A stretch of DNA of 64,000 bases from Tubulanus polymorphus (lineage: Eukaryota; Animalia; Nemertea). Shown here piece by piece: positions 11,187-29,157 of the stretch; positions within the stretch are counted from its first letter, which is position 1; every line of letters starts with the position of its first letter. The position numbers were made by a program, and so were the translations under genes. The stretch lies in the NCBI RefSeq assembly GCF_964204645.1, contig NC_134027.1, forward strand, positions 9,642,485 to 9,706,484, in the 5' to 3' direction. Under the pieces are notes generated by a model, which saw only the letters and a program-made list of their open reading frames with translations, had not been told where the DNA came from and ran no database searches.

Positions 11187-14100
11187 ATGGTGATGATGTC
11201 AGGCCCCCGATTAGCTGCAGTATCGGTGTTTTCGATTTGGGTGTGCTTACAGTTGCAGGCCATATTACCAGTGAGGCCCGAATGCTTTACGGCCGTGGTG
11301 AAGATCGAACGAGCGTTCGAGTACGAAAGGAGTTTCCTCGATGCGGGAACGAAAGCATTTCAAGTGTTAGGAAATGACTTCCCAGATATTTTCGCTCGAT
11401 TTTTTAAACGGTACGTTACTGTCATATATACTCATTCTGTAATATTTCAGATGTATATCATAAGTACGAAAGAGCCTACCGGTATATTCTATGGTATCAA
11501 CATAACCACCAGTGTTTTTCGTTTTGGCTCAAAACAGCTTGTATCTTGTTTTTGGTGTGGTGACATATTTTTCCAGATATTTTTCTCAATGCCCTTCTAG
11601 CAACCATGCCACTCAGATAAATTTGAAAAGCCAATTTAGAATAAGAAACAATTTCATAGGGCATCCCCTCAACTGAAGGAGGTTTTTAGTAGGCCTTTCC
11701 ATACAAAAGAAACTCCGGATGATCCAAAATTCAAAATTTTGAAATCGTTTTTTCGCACTTTTCTTTCTACCGATAAAAATAAAATGAAACCATGCCCCAG
11801 CTACTGATAAATATATTTATCTTTTTTTATTGAAAACGAGTCCACTAATGTAAACATGTACAACCCTGTACACACCTGGACGTTATGACTTTTCATTAGC
11901 AAACCGTCATCGGCTAAATCGATTTGCCTTTTATTCAACTGGTGATTTGCTATTGAAAAAAATGTTTGATTAATAAAATTATATTTGAGGGCCCTTCGGG
12001 TTATTATTTCTAATGTTATTGCGAATGTGTCTATGTATGTATTGTAACCATATGCGCTTCATACATTGGTTGTTGCTGGTGATGCTCTCAATCGAAAGGA
12101 AATCGTTTTACGAACGGCTTGGTCCGATATAAGGCCTATCCAAAACTTTAAATTATAGTTAAGTCCTGCAGTTATCGATATTTTCTTCTGGGGATGTGAA
12201 CAAAAATGGAAATTTAATATTCTTGAGCTTTTGTTAAAAACTGAGTGGCCGGAAAATAAGAAATTAACACATTTGCATCGTTGCGTCACCAATGATTTTA
12301 CAGTCCTCTAACATCATTCCCCGATTCTGCCGATTCCCTTTTGAGTTCCGATGACTCGTGAAATCTTTTTTTGCGAATTTCATCCAACATTGTTCGTTCG
12401 ATTTTATAGATAATTGTATTATGCAAAATGTATAGGCGTCCGGGAATACAACAATCAAACGATATCGTTCATTTTGAATTTCCGCAGTCGGACAGACAAA
12501 AAAATCAATTCCAATATTGTTGCAGATAATTGCGAATGTTTAATAGCAGTACCACAGCTGGCAAATATTAATTCGTTTCGATATCATCCTTAAATCATTG
12601 TACACACTGGCACTGTCACCACGGGCATCCCCAACGCCAGTGAAAATTCTTGCTAAAAGGTTTTTGATTGGGGCAAGGATATTGTGCATACATATATGTT
12701 CGATTCCCTTGATGAACCATTTTACAGTTGCTAATCACCATTTTGTCCAGTATTCTTGCGTCATTTTCTAATCTTTTCTAACCGGAATCTCGAGTTTTCA
12801 GTAATGTAAAATTCGCAACACAAGTCACCTAACAACAATGCAAGAAGAGGGCGATTACCGTGGCCAATTTTCACCTCAGACATTCCTGAAAATTGAAAGT
12901 TTCCACTTTGACGTTGATTATTTTCAAAAATAATACTATCATTAAGGTTTTTTGACGGTGGATGTTACACTTGATTATCTGCATTTTTCTGACATTCGAA
13001 CTGGTTATTTCACTGACAAAGCCACTAGAGAAATGAAAATATGCTTTTTAGCTTTTCCCCGATCCAATCGATTCTTTGCACTTACAATTCTCGTTTACTC
13101 GAATATTTTCCCCAATCCAGCGTTTTGACCGCTTTTGACCTCTTAACCATTTTAATGCCAGTAGATTACGATATTATATATACAAATTTTCTAAAGCATG
13201 TTAATTTTCAATATCATCATTCAATCACCCACCCCATCCCGCCCAGTCTAATCCCATCCCATTCCCATTCCCTCTATCAAATAGACGATTATTCAACAAA
13301 ATATACTTGTTAACGGTAAGAGCTGAATTGATAGACGATTGATAGATTAATAGATAAACTCTATAGCTTATATCATGCAATATGTTCAAACCGACAATTT
13401 TCAGATTACTCTACGATGCGCAGACGGATCATACAGCTGGGGATGACGAGCACTTAACCTTCACTGAACATCCTATCAATATTTATCGCATCGTCAAACG
13501 CATGACTGCCTGGCGTAGTGCAGTGGACCAATCACAACTACGTGACATCGATAATCACGTAATTCAGGGTAGGTTTCAAAACTTTCGGAGCGCTTATCTT
13601 AAAAAATGTCCATGTTTCATTCAATAGAAAACAAACTACTGGGTCATCAGAACAGAACTAAAATCGTTGAGATACTGTTTTCAAAAATATAAACTCAAGT
13701 ATGGTCGCTGATTCAAGCCATTTTAAAAGATTTTTCTCTACAGCTAATGTAAAAAGATTTATTATCGTGCTTCAAGCCGTACACACATTTTTGTCTTATC
13801 ATGGCCCGAATCAGTCGCCATAAAGATATTCATTCCGATTCATTCAATTTTCTTCTGTAGAATTTATAGACGAGAGTAAGACATTCACATCAGATGATAT
13901 TTGGCCTAGCGAAATTGACGTCAACGGATCGGCCTTGGGTTTGATTCGCGTGCGTGCACTTTACAACATCAGTTTCGGTGACCTGATAACCGGACGTATC
14001 AAATCGGTACAATCGCGGTCGTTGTCGTTGGACGATTTTATCGAAATAGCCGACGTGGCCGTGCACAATTCCGAGCATGCTTACGATATGTACGAACCCC

Positions 14101-17100
14101 TCCGATGGTTGCTCCACGCGCAGGACGCTTTTCTTAACGGATCCAGATTTGAAAAGTATTCGGAAGCAGGTCTATACCGTTTACTATCCAAAGGTTTTGA
14201 CAAGGTACATTCGCCATTATAACCAGGTCCCGGTTTATAGACTGGTATTACCTTTAACCCGGGGTTAACTCAATTGATAATGAATTGAGTTCGCCCCCGG
14301 GTTATAGGAATACCAGTCTATAAAACCGGCCCTTGGATTTTTGCTGCCTAGTCGTTGGCATATCACTTAATTATGTTATATATTTTTCAGTTCGGAGATG
14401 GCGTCAAAGCAATACGCTACATTGAATTAGCCCGTGCATTAGGTAGAGACTTAAAACCCTTTCGCTGCTTCATCGTTTATACTGTGGTGTGCTGGGGTCC
14501 CTAGGTCAAAAATTAAAGTAATTCATATTAGAGAATACCATTTGTTTTTGATTGGGCTTTATCTATCTTGATGTTTCCTGGTGTTTCCTCGATGAAAATA
14601 GCTAGAGATATATTAAATAAAATACCGACCATCACGAGAACGCGACAGCATATGCAATAAGCCATGACCCAGCGCTACCAGCTGGGATAACCACTCTAAC
14701 CAATCGCCAATGTCATGTTATGATGAACAGATTTCCTGTTAAATACTCATCTTACAGAATACACCGATGAAACTTTACTAAAAGAAGAAGATGACCTTAA
14801 CATTAAATACAGATCCACTTCGGCCGAGATGGATTTCGATGTCTTGAAATTCAATTTGACCCTGCAATATGAAGCGCTTTGCCGAGGCGATATCGAGCAT
14901 GTGAGCATGAACTTTAGTCGTTCTATTTTTTGGAGAGATGGCGTTGAATTTACCTTCGATGATGGAACTTGATATATAGACTGAATGATTCTAAAATAAA
15001 CAAAATACACGAAAAGCTATATTAACTTTAATAACTCCATCATTTGTACTTCATAATAAACCCCAATCTTATCTGACAGGTTAATTGCACAAGAAGAAAC
15101 AATTTAAAACCAAAGTAATATCATCATGCAAATGTTGTGACGTTAATTGGATCTAAATGGTTTTTCTTCTCAGGTTAGCTCACCCGATCTGAAGTGTTAC
15201 CACCAGCGCACTCAGATCCCTTACCGCCCGGCAGATGTCGAGGTCGTCAACGTCGATCCTTACGTTGCGCTCGTGCATAGGACTATTCACCCGAACGAAA
15301 TTAAGGCTGTAAAAGAACTTGCTTTGCTATCCGTAGGTTATATTTCAATCTCGCATCATTTTGCCGGGATGCAGCTCAGCCTGGCGAAACCTAAGTACAC
15401 GTTTAAAATATGTTTACGTCAAAGCTCCGTTGAGAGATGATAGTTACTCTTGGTCAGATGAAATATTGGCAAAAAGTCTTGAAATCGTTATTCAAAAGTG
15501 TATCATACATCATCTTTAAGTAAGTATCCTTGATATCTATTGACAGTTAATTGTCGGTATTTCAGTTCGCGCGATCACATGTTTTAGCCACTGAAGAGGT
15601 CCATTCTATTTCGGAAAATCGTATTAGCGAAAGGTGAGATATTTGAGTAAACACGTGCATAATTCCTAATCAATATTAATGGTTACATAAACCGATAGGT
15701 TCGGGCGACGAGTTTCTATGGGGATTTATCATTTGAGAAGTTGAACTGACATATATCATAGGAGATCCAATGCCAGTGCCGAGGGCACAATGCTATTGAT
15801 GGGTCTAGGGCACTCCTAAGCCGTGATCACATGAGTAATTTTTGCCCGGACGAACTTTGGCCCGAATAACTGTTCACAATGGTACCAAATTTGGTCAGAT
15901 CAGAAATATCGGACCAGGCCCCCCAAGCCAAATCTTAGCATGGGTCAAACATTGCGTGTGCCATTCAGAAGTGATTAACTCCGCTTCGTGTAAGCTTTGT
16001 TTGAGTGAGTGGTTTACGTGTGAGCGTCTTAATAGACACGGACCAAATTTTGTCTCGGGACTACTGATCCGTGCCAATTTGGCCAGGGCCAAATCATCTC
16101 GGTGTGATTGTGGCTCTAGATAAGGACATTCTTAAAGGCACATATTATGTGGGCCGTAGATAGCAGAACTCGGGGAAGGTGTTGGGGGAGGGGTCGATGT
16201 CATACTACAGATGTTTTATAAATGTTCCAGCGCATGGCTGGAGGATGATCTAGACGACCCGGAGGACCTCATCTCAAAACTATCAAGACGTGTGGAACAT
16301 CTGACGGGTCTGAGCACGCTGTTACGAGATCGAAAATCACCGTGCGAAGATTTTCAAGTACGTTATGTGTGACCGGTAAAGGAAAACAAACACTGTTTAT
16401 CTCAAGAATTCTAATTTTTGAAGAGAAGGGAACTCCCAATTAACCTCAAATTTGTGTTTTCTTTTAAATAGATATGTCCCCAAGACGCTTCTGTAATATC
16501 GAATAATGACTTTAGTGCATTTGATTAAGAGAGAACCATGTATCTGTTTCAATTTCGAGACATTTAAATTCCGAAAAGATTATAATTCCTTTTATTAATC
16601 GTTCTATTGTAGGTATTGAATTATGGTATTGGTGGAATGTATGAGCCTCATCACGACTTTTATGTACGTATTGGTGAAAATGTGAATAGTTTGAATCTCA
16701 TATCAAAAAGTTCACGGCTCTACATTTTGTTTTTATTTTGTTAGCTGTTCTAAGTTAAAAGATTTGCAAAATTCCGGTAATAAGCAATAACACGCATTAG
16801 AATATACATTAAATTTGCAGATATTCGTTTGTTTTCAGGACATAGACGCCTTTGAAAGATACGGTGATAAAGATTCAAAGGTATTCGGGTCGGGTAACCG
16901 AATAGCCACGTGGATGTTTTACGTAAGTTCTATTGTTATCTTGCAGCAAATCTGCAGTTCACGCTCCGATCCCGAGATCTTTTCTAAACCTTCCACAGAC
17001 GAGGTTTTCGATCGAAATGGAATATTGGTGACTATTTCAGATTAACGATGTCAAAGCTGGTGGTGCTACAGTATTTCCAGAGCTTGGAGTTCGGATTCCC

Positions 17101-17416
17101 GTCGTCAAAGGTGCAGCAGCATTTTGGTATAACCTGTACAGGAATGGCACCGGAGATAGCAGAACATTACACGCCGGTTGCCCTGTGCTGATGGGCTCTA
17201 AATGGGGTACGTTTTGACGCTTTAGCAAAGCTTCCACTGGCAGCTTCGATTGACTTATATGACTGAACGAAATAAGTAGGATGAACATTGAGCACCAATT
17301 TGAAATATAAATCTTTCGTGTTTTTTTTTTAAATCTTGCTGACAGTTGCAAATAAATGGATGCATGAAATAGACCAACAGTTCCGTCGGCCGTGCTCCAT
17401 CGACCCAAACAAGTGA
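11187..17416 (+). CDS. P4HA: Prolyl 4-hydroxylase alpha subunit (collagen-P4H type), ~550 aa. Exons 11187-11410, 13405-13568, 13861-14204, 14391-14442, 14758-14900, 15174-15332, 15566-15633, 16231-16357, 16613-16663, 16839-16922, 17041-17206, 17346-17416
   Basis: Twelve in-phase GT-AG exons (1653 nt). Signal peptide; ECFTAVVKIE; HPINIYRIVKRM; WPSEIDVNGSALGLIR; YEALCRG; catalytic NYGIGGMYEPHHD (HxD), GNRIATWMFY, GGATVFP, HAGCPVLMGSKWVANKW, QQFRRPC. Confidence 0.93.
11958..12075 (+). repeat. Dispersed ~115-bp repeat, copy 2
   Basis: Homologous to 9335-9450. Confidence 0.8.
14226..14332. mobile_element. Palindromic MITE family C, copy 1 (P4HA intron)
   Basis: ccggtttatagactggtatt...aactcaatt / aattgagtt...aataccagtctataaaaccgg folds into a near-complete hairpin; another copy at 58027-58139 and a half copy at 31133-31188. 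Confidence 0.85.
15819..16117. mobile_element. MITE with imperfect TIRs (P4HA intron)
   Basis: agccgtgatcacatgagtaatttttgccc at the left is the approximate inverse of gggccaaatcatctcggtgtgattgtggct at the right; internal ggaccaaattt motifs repeat. Confidence 0.6.
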
Positions 17417-18014
17417 CCGTACTTCAAGGAACTTGGTTCGACTGTCTTGTGACATACGTACATGTATAAGGATATATGTTTTGGTTGTCTGGCAATACGT
17501 GTGAAGAGAGCGATTTATCTGTTATAAGTTGTAGATCATAAACAATTTTAAATAATCATTGTCGTAGCACTGATACGTCCGTCTCACTGCCATACTAGTC
17601 ATTTTGGTCACATTTGGTCACTAATCAAAGGAATTCAGATCACACAAGATTATCTATCGTATCATAGATTCATGAGAAATGAAATAAAATGTTAAAATCC
17701 AAAATTAATATATATTCAGTATATGAGTTTTGAGCTTTGTGTTTTCGTTTTCTATTTTTAAATTTTGTTTAAAGCGGCTTAAGCCACGGACGTCACGGCT
17801 TGAAAATCTTCTATTTTACGCGTCTTAGCGATCTACTAGTTCGGATGAAACGCTTCGAAGTTTTAGAGCGAATCACCCGAACACGCTTTACGCGTATTCA
17901 GTCGGTAGTACGCGTATACATTGCTAGGGATTGCGAAAGGGGATTATATATGAAAGTGAGTAAAACTGTCATTTTATGAATTATTTCAGAATTTTCATAG
18001 GAAGGCCAATGGCC

Positions 18015-19296
18015 TTTTTAGCCCACTTGGGACTTTAGTCCCAGCGGGCTATTGCGTTCACTTTTCGTCCGTCGTCCGTCCGTCCGTCCGTTCGTCCGTC
18101 CGTAGACGGAATCCAGTTATTTTGGGAAGTTTTGAAGACGCTTCAAGGTAACGTCTTGATATTTGGGTTACACGTGTATCTACCCTAGACACATCTTCAG
18201 CCCAAAAACTGGCCCTGTCAGAATCAAGATGGCTGACTGGCAGCCATTGTTGTTCGCCAAAATCAGCACTTTTTACACATTTTTGAACTTTTTGAGGGAA
18301 ATTTTGAAGACGCTTCGATCAATTACCTTGATCTTTCGGATATATATGAATCCCCCCAGGGCCCATCAACGAAACAAAAATTGGGTCGGTCGGACTCAAG
18401 ATGGCCGTCCTGTGACCTTTTTAGTGCCCAAAAATGTTAATTTTTGCCCGAATTCTGAGTCCTGTAGCTTCCTACTGGTTTACCATTTCTCATTGCAATT
18501 TGTGATGGGTATTCTTTGGAAAGGGATGTTTTATACCTGAGACAGGTATTTTTGATCAGCCAATTATGACGCAATTGGCAGCCATCTTGGTGTCACCAGT
18601 ACTCATTCGTAAGTGGGAAAAAGTTTTTCCACATTATATTGATACCTAAGCGTATTTTGCTACCACAATCAATTAGAAAGTTGTAGCTCATAACGTGTTC
18701 TATGATTGTGGTGAGTTTCAAGGTAATTGGATTTCGTATATGGCCACCAGGGGGCGTTGAATAATACAATATCTTAGCATTTCTTTATTATATTCGTACC
18801 TATGCATATTTTGTAACCACAATCAATTGGAAAGTTGTAGCTCATGACATCATCTATGATTGTTGTGAGTTTTAAGGACATCAGTTTTTCTATATGGTCA
18901 CCAGGGGGCGTTGAATAGTAGAATAACTTAGTATTTCCTTATTATATTGGTACCTAGGCATATTTTGTTACCATGATCAATATCAAAGTTGTAGTTCATG
19001 ACATGTTCTATGATTGTGGTGAGTTTCGAGGTCATTGGGTTTTGAATATGGTCACCAGGGGGCGTTGAATAGTAGAATGACTTAGTATTTCCATATTAAA
19101 TTGGTAACGAGGCATATTTTGTTATCACAATCAATTACAAAATCGTAGCTGCTGACATGTTCTATGATTTTGGTGAGTTTCAAGGTCGTTGGTTTTTGTA
19201 AATGGTCACCAGGGGGCGTTGAATATTGAAATTGTTAGATTGTTGAGCATTTGAAACCATTTCCCAAGTGGGCATGGTGTCCCTGGACCCCTAGTT
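18015..19296 (+). mobile_element. Complete HINE/DINE-like non-autonomous Helentron-associated element (~1.28 kb)
   Basis: Starts in a T run. The 5' subterminal repeat GCCCACTTGGGA forms a hairpin with AGTCCCAGCGGGCT; (GTCC)n microsatellite at ~18066-18102; internal 154-bp tandem array; 3' TCCCAAGTGGGC, short GTCC-CT-GGAC stem and CTAG-TT end. A second 3' end lies at 1-51. Confidence 0.85.
18630..19226 (+). repeat. ~4 tandem units of a 154-bp satellite-like repeat inside the HINE element
   Basis: Anchor ccagggggcgttgaata recurs at about 18747, 18901, 19055 and 19209. Confidence 0.9.
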
Positions 19297-19360
19297 TTCT
19301 TATTCGTTCCATGCGCAATGATGAAAATAATACACCGAGCTGTCCATATTGTAGGTAGCT

Positions 19361-20734
19361 ATGGGAATTGTGCACGAAAAACAAGACGCCGAGCCACCGG
19401 TATCCGAATCCCCCGGAAAGCGTTGCGTGCGGTCAGAAAAGTTCACCGTGGCTTGCATCAGTTTAGTCATGATGACCGACGTCACGTTGAAAACTTGTAT
19501 AACCTTGACACTGCCGGTTATCGTGGCAAAACTAGAGTCGGTCAACGAATCGTGGTTTAGAAATGACGAATCTTTGCCACCATTTTCAGCCGAGCATCAC
19601 AACGTCGATGAGATGCGAGATGACGTTAAGCAGAAGGTCGCCTGGGCGGTGGCTGTCAACCCGATAACGGAATCGTTAATGAACCTGTTCGCGGGTTTTG
19701 TAGTTGACTGTTTAGGCTACGGGTGGCCGATGGTATTCGGCGCGGTTTTAGGCTCAGTGGGCTCGGTAGGAATCGCCTTCTCGCCGACGTACGGTTTGCT
19801 TATGTTGATGAGAATAATCACGGGCACGGCATGTAGTTTCAGTATTGTTTCCTGCCTGGCGTTTATATCCGCCAAATTCCCGGACAACGACGAACGTCGG
19901 GCGGTCATCTATTCCGCTTACGTAGCTTCTAACGTGGGCAACATTGTCGGCAACGCTGTAACGGGTTTGATGTACGAATATCTAGGAACGGCGGCGCCTT
20001 TTCTGTGCATATCCGGGGTGTTCCTCGTAGATACGATCATCCGATTTATCGCAGTCAGCTGTGACGATCCTACTACTTCCGCTAGGTCTGAGAAGAAGTT
20101 TTCACCCGAAGACTATTTCCAACGTTTGGAAGATCCGCCCATCGTTCTTCTAGTCGTTGTCGGTGTTTTGGCTTCTTTTTCGACCGGATTTTACAAAGCG
20201 TCCATCATCGAATGGGAGTTGCATACGATTCACGGACAGATCTGGCAACTGAGCATCATCTACACGGCATGCATCGTGGCGCAGGTTTTTGGAACCACGC
20301 TTTCCAGCCGCACCATGTCAAAATGCGGTCACGCCCCCCAGCTACTGCTTGGGTTCATCGGCATGGCTTTAAGTTACTTGACATTTCTATTCTGCGAGAC
20401 AGTATGGGCGTGTACTGGACCGGAACTCAGTCGGGCATTTTTCTGCGGACTCGTTTTCTTCGCGATGCCGTCGCTGTGCTCCCTTCTCACCGAGACCAAA
20501 CACCACAAAGGGAAGTACGGAGTCGTGATGGGTCTGTTCAATTCGACGCTGAATGTTGGTGTATTTATTGGCGCTTTGACGAGTGGCCTCTTCGCCTCGA
20601 CCATCGACATACGGGGTCTGATTTTCATCGTTGCTGGGCTTTTGGTGTTCAGTGCATTTGCGTCGGTAACTTTCTTCAAAGTCGAAGGAGATAATGCCAC
20701 TGAAGTTGAAGAAAATGAGAATGAAATATCATAA
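19361..20734 (+). CDS. Intronless MFS transporter, divergent SLC18 (vesicular amine/acetylcholine transporter)-like, 457 aa
   Basis: About 12 hydrophobic segments with a long TM1-TM2 loop. NLFAGFVVDCLGYGWPMVFG resembles the VMAT/VAChT TM2-TM3 motif; FPDNDERR, G.MYEY.G..APFL, DPPI and KYG.V also match SLC18 patterns. Confidence 0.8.
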   Translation: MGIVHEKQDAEPPVSESPGKRCVRSEKFTVACISLVMMTDVTLKTCITLTLPVIVAKLESVNESWFRNDESLPPFSAEHHNVDEMRDDVKQKVAWAVAVNPITESLMNLFAGFVVDCLGYGWPMVFGAVLGSVGSVGIAFSPTYGLLMLMRIITGTACSFSIVSCLAFISAKFPDNDERRAVIYSAYVASNVGNIVGNAVTGLMYEYLGTAAPFLCISGVFLVDTIIRFIAVSCDDPTTSARSEKKFSPEDYFQRLEDPPIVLLVVVGVLASFSTGFYKASIIEWELHTIHGQIWQLSIIYTACIVAQVFGTTLSSRTMSKCGHAPQLLLGFIGMALSYLTFLFCETVWACTGPELSRAFFCGLVFFAMPSLCSLLTETKHHKGKYGVVMGLFNSTLNVGVFIGALTSGLFASTIDIRGLIFIVAGLLVFSAFASVTFFKVEGDNATEVEENENEIS

Positions 20735-22723
20735 ATCAAATACGTTCGAACTCGTTTTCTTTTATTTTTGAATGGTAGTGCCATGTAAGATTATTTGGAT
20801 TTTCAATGATAAAAGCATACGGTGCACGTGTGTCTGGATATTTGTGCCGTGATTGGTGAACAGGTCGATAGTTAAGTAATACGCAGTTACGTATTTGTCA
20901 TCCTGGCCGCGAACAACGGAACTCTATCAAATCAAGTATGATGTTTTACCTGTTTTAAGTTTTATTATTGACTATTTTCAGATTTATCTTTTTTATATCA
21001 ACGATGAGACGATTTCTCTATAATGCTGTGGAATGGCAATAAAGGCTAATTTTCCATTTTACAACAAGGATCTTCGTTTCACCTCATTCAAATTGTCCTT
21101 CGGAGTGCTCATTAGAGGATTCATCATCGAGAATCCTGATACGAAGCGGGTAAGACTCGTACTCCACTCCAAAGTCAATATCAACCTTTACTGCGAGAAT
21201 GGTCCAACTATTGTAATATTGAAGGAACTTCCTCGCTTGCCAGTTTCATTGCCGCCCGCTGAAGCTCGCGCCATCACAAACGCTGGCTGCAATCTGCCGG
21301 TGAAAAACGTATCTGATTGGCTATAGACTGGTGCTAAGCGGCAACCTGTTCGCTCGAAGGGTTGCGGCCAGTGTATGTGTTGGCAAGCGAGGGTGGTTTC
21401 GTAATAGCTTTATCATTTCAAAAAAAAACTCAAAGACTACAATTTTCATGACATTTCCATTTCAGCAGTTTATTATAATATATTACCGTTTTGTAATAGA
21501 CGTGCCTACATACGACTGAGCCACATACATATATAAGCACCAAGTAGGGGATTACACATATATAATATATAAATATATTTACACAATCAAAGAAATGACG
21601 ATGAATACTATAAATAAAGTTCGTATTCTATGTAATAAGTAATTACTAATACGTAATAAAACGTCGGTAAGCACCTATAATTTGACAATCATTTTGCATA
21701 GGCAGGACACACTTTTCAATGATCATCGTATTAAATAAAGCCTATCACACTTAATAATGAAGCATTTTACAAATAGTCTTTGTTCGTATGTCGCAGTTAA
21801 TTTTCATATGATAAGATGATAATATAATGAATAAATAAATGTTTTCGTTTGCACAAGGGAAAATGAATATAGGTACTACTACTAACGTAAGTTGAAATGA
21901 AAAATACTCGATGACGTTGTAAGCTACTCCTCCTTATAATGCCATCTACATCTTTAAATTGCTGCAGAAATATCTCTTGACGGAGTCACGGCGTCTAGTA
22001 GGTAACATTGATTGATTCTAAGGTTGTTCTCGAGATGTTTCAAAAGGTATTAAACATGCCAGTTGCCTAGCTTTTGGCACTGTTGACATGGAAGAAAATT
22101 CGAATACGCTAATTGCATTGAAGTGGCGCCTTTGTCCGAATGAAAGGTTTTCCGTTACAAGTGTAGAGCGTTCTCAAGGCACGTATTCACTTTTCTTAAA
22201 AGTTTAAGTCTCAATAAATGAATGGCAAAAAGGTCAATTGTTTATCACACGAAAGCACGTTGGTGAGAAAATGAAATAAGAATATTTCATATAGAATATA
22301 CGGCGTTTCGAAGCTTTTCGCGAAAGACTGGTACTGAGCAGCGAGCACTCTCTACTAGTTTGTGGAAGACAGTAATATTGAGCGCAATTTGTCCTTACAC
22401 CCTGGACCGTTATAAAAAGCCTAGAAATGTTTTTTTTTCTTTAATAATCACGATTAGCACCACCAAAAATATGCATATTATGTATAACACGTTGGGAACT
22501 ACTTTTCAACCCACAGCTACCCTTCAGAACAAGGCAATTGATAAGATTAAAGCAGTCCTAAAATCATTGGGGTTGGATGTAGACACTTCAAGCAAATGAC
22601 GCAGTTATTTCGAAGATACGTTTCATTCCAGTTGCAAGAGATTAGCAATAGCAATCTTGCTAATTTCGTTCTGTCGTACGACCAATCAAACGGGAGACAT
22701 AATAACTTCTGTGCGTTTTTCAT

Positions 22724-28754
<6,031 letters not shown>

Positions 28755-28984
28755 GATTGTCTAAAGAATAAATGAAGTCGTCGATAGTGAAAAGGTGCAC
28801 GCCCACGAAACCGATATCGCTCGTTGGCGCGTAGAGAAATGATGCACTCTGCCCAACAATCACGAATGACGCGAAACGGCTCTGGTGTCGATATTTACGT
28901 ATTACTGATTCACACGTCTGCCTGCGCGTACCTGGTATCCTCGCCTGCCACAGAGAATATCAACGCGACTTGCCGCGAATGATG

Positions 28985-29157
28985 AACTTCCGGAACAAAT
29001 GTCGGCATGTATCGAACGTAAATCGTTCGTGCTCGAAAGATTTTATGAACTTGAAGGAGACTGGCAAATGACGTCATTCTGACGTCAGAATTTCGTAGCC
29101 AATTTAAACCTTTTTTCTGTATTCGCATTCTTTGAGCTTACTTTACGAGCTCACGTG
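28985..29157. promoter_or_regulatory. Candidate alpha-tubulin promoter: ETS-like ACTTCCGG, twin CRE palindromes TGACGTCA (29069-76, 29080-87), E-box CACGTG
   Basis: Motifs read directly from the sequence, 230-400 bp upstream of the tubulin ATG; function is inferred. Confidence 0.4.

Noticed and set aside
18163-18540. 125-aa ORF
   Set aside because: It lies inside the non-autonomous element and has no recognisable motif.
18630-19226. Regularly spaced repeats as a CRISPR array
   Set aside because: The whole 154-bp unit repeats, so there are no unique spacers; there are no cas genes and the context is eukaryotic.
21033-21326. 97-aa ORF between the transporter and tubulin
   Set aside because: No motif and no consistent splice partners; cannot be supported.
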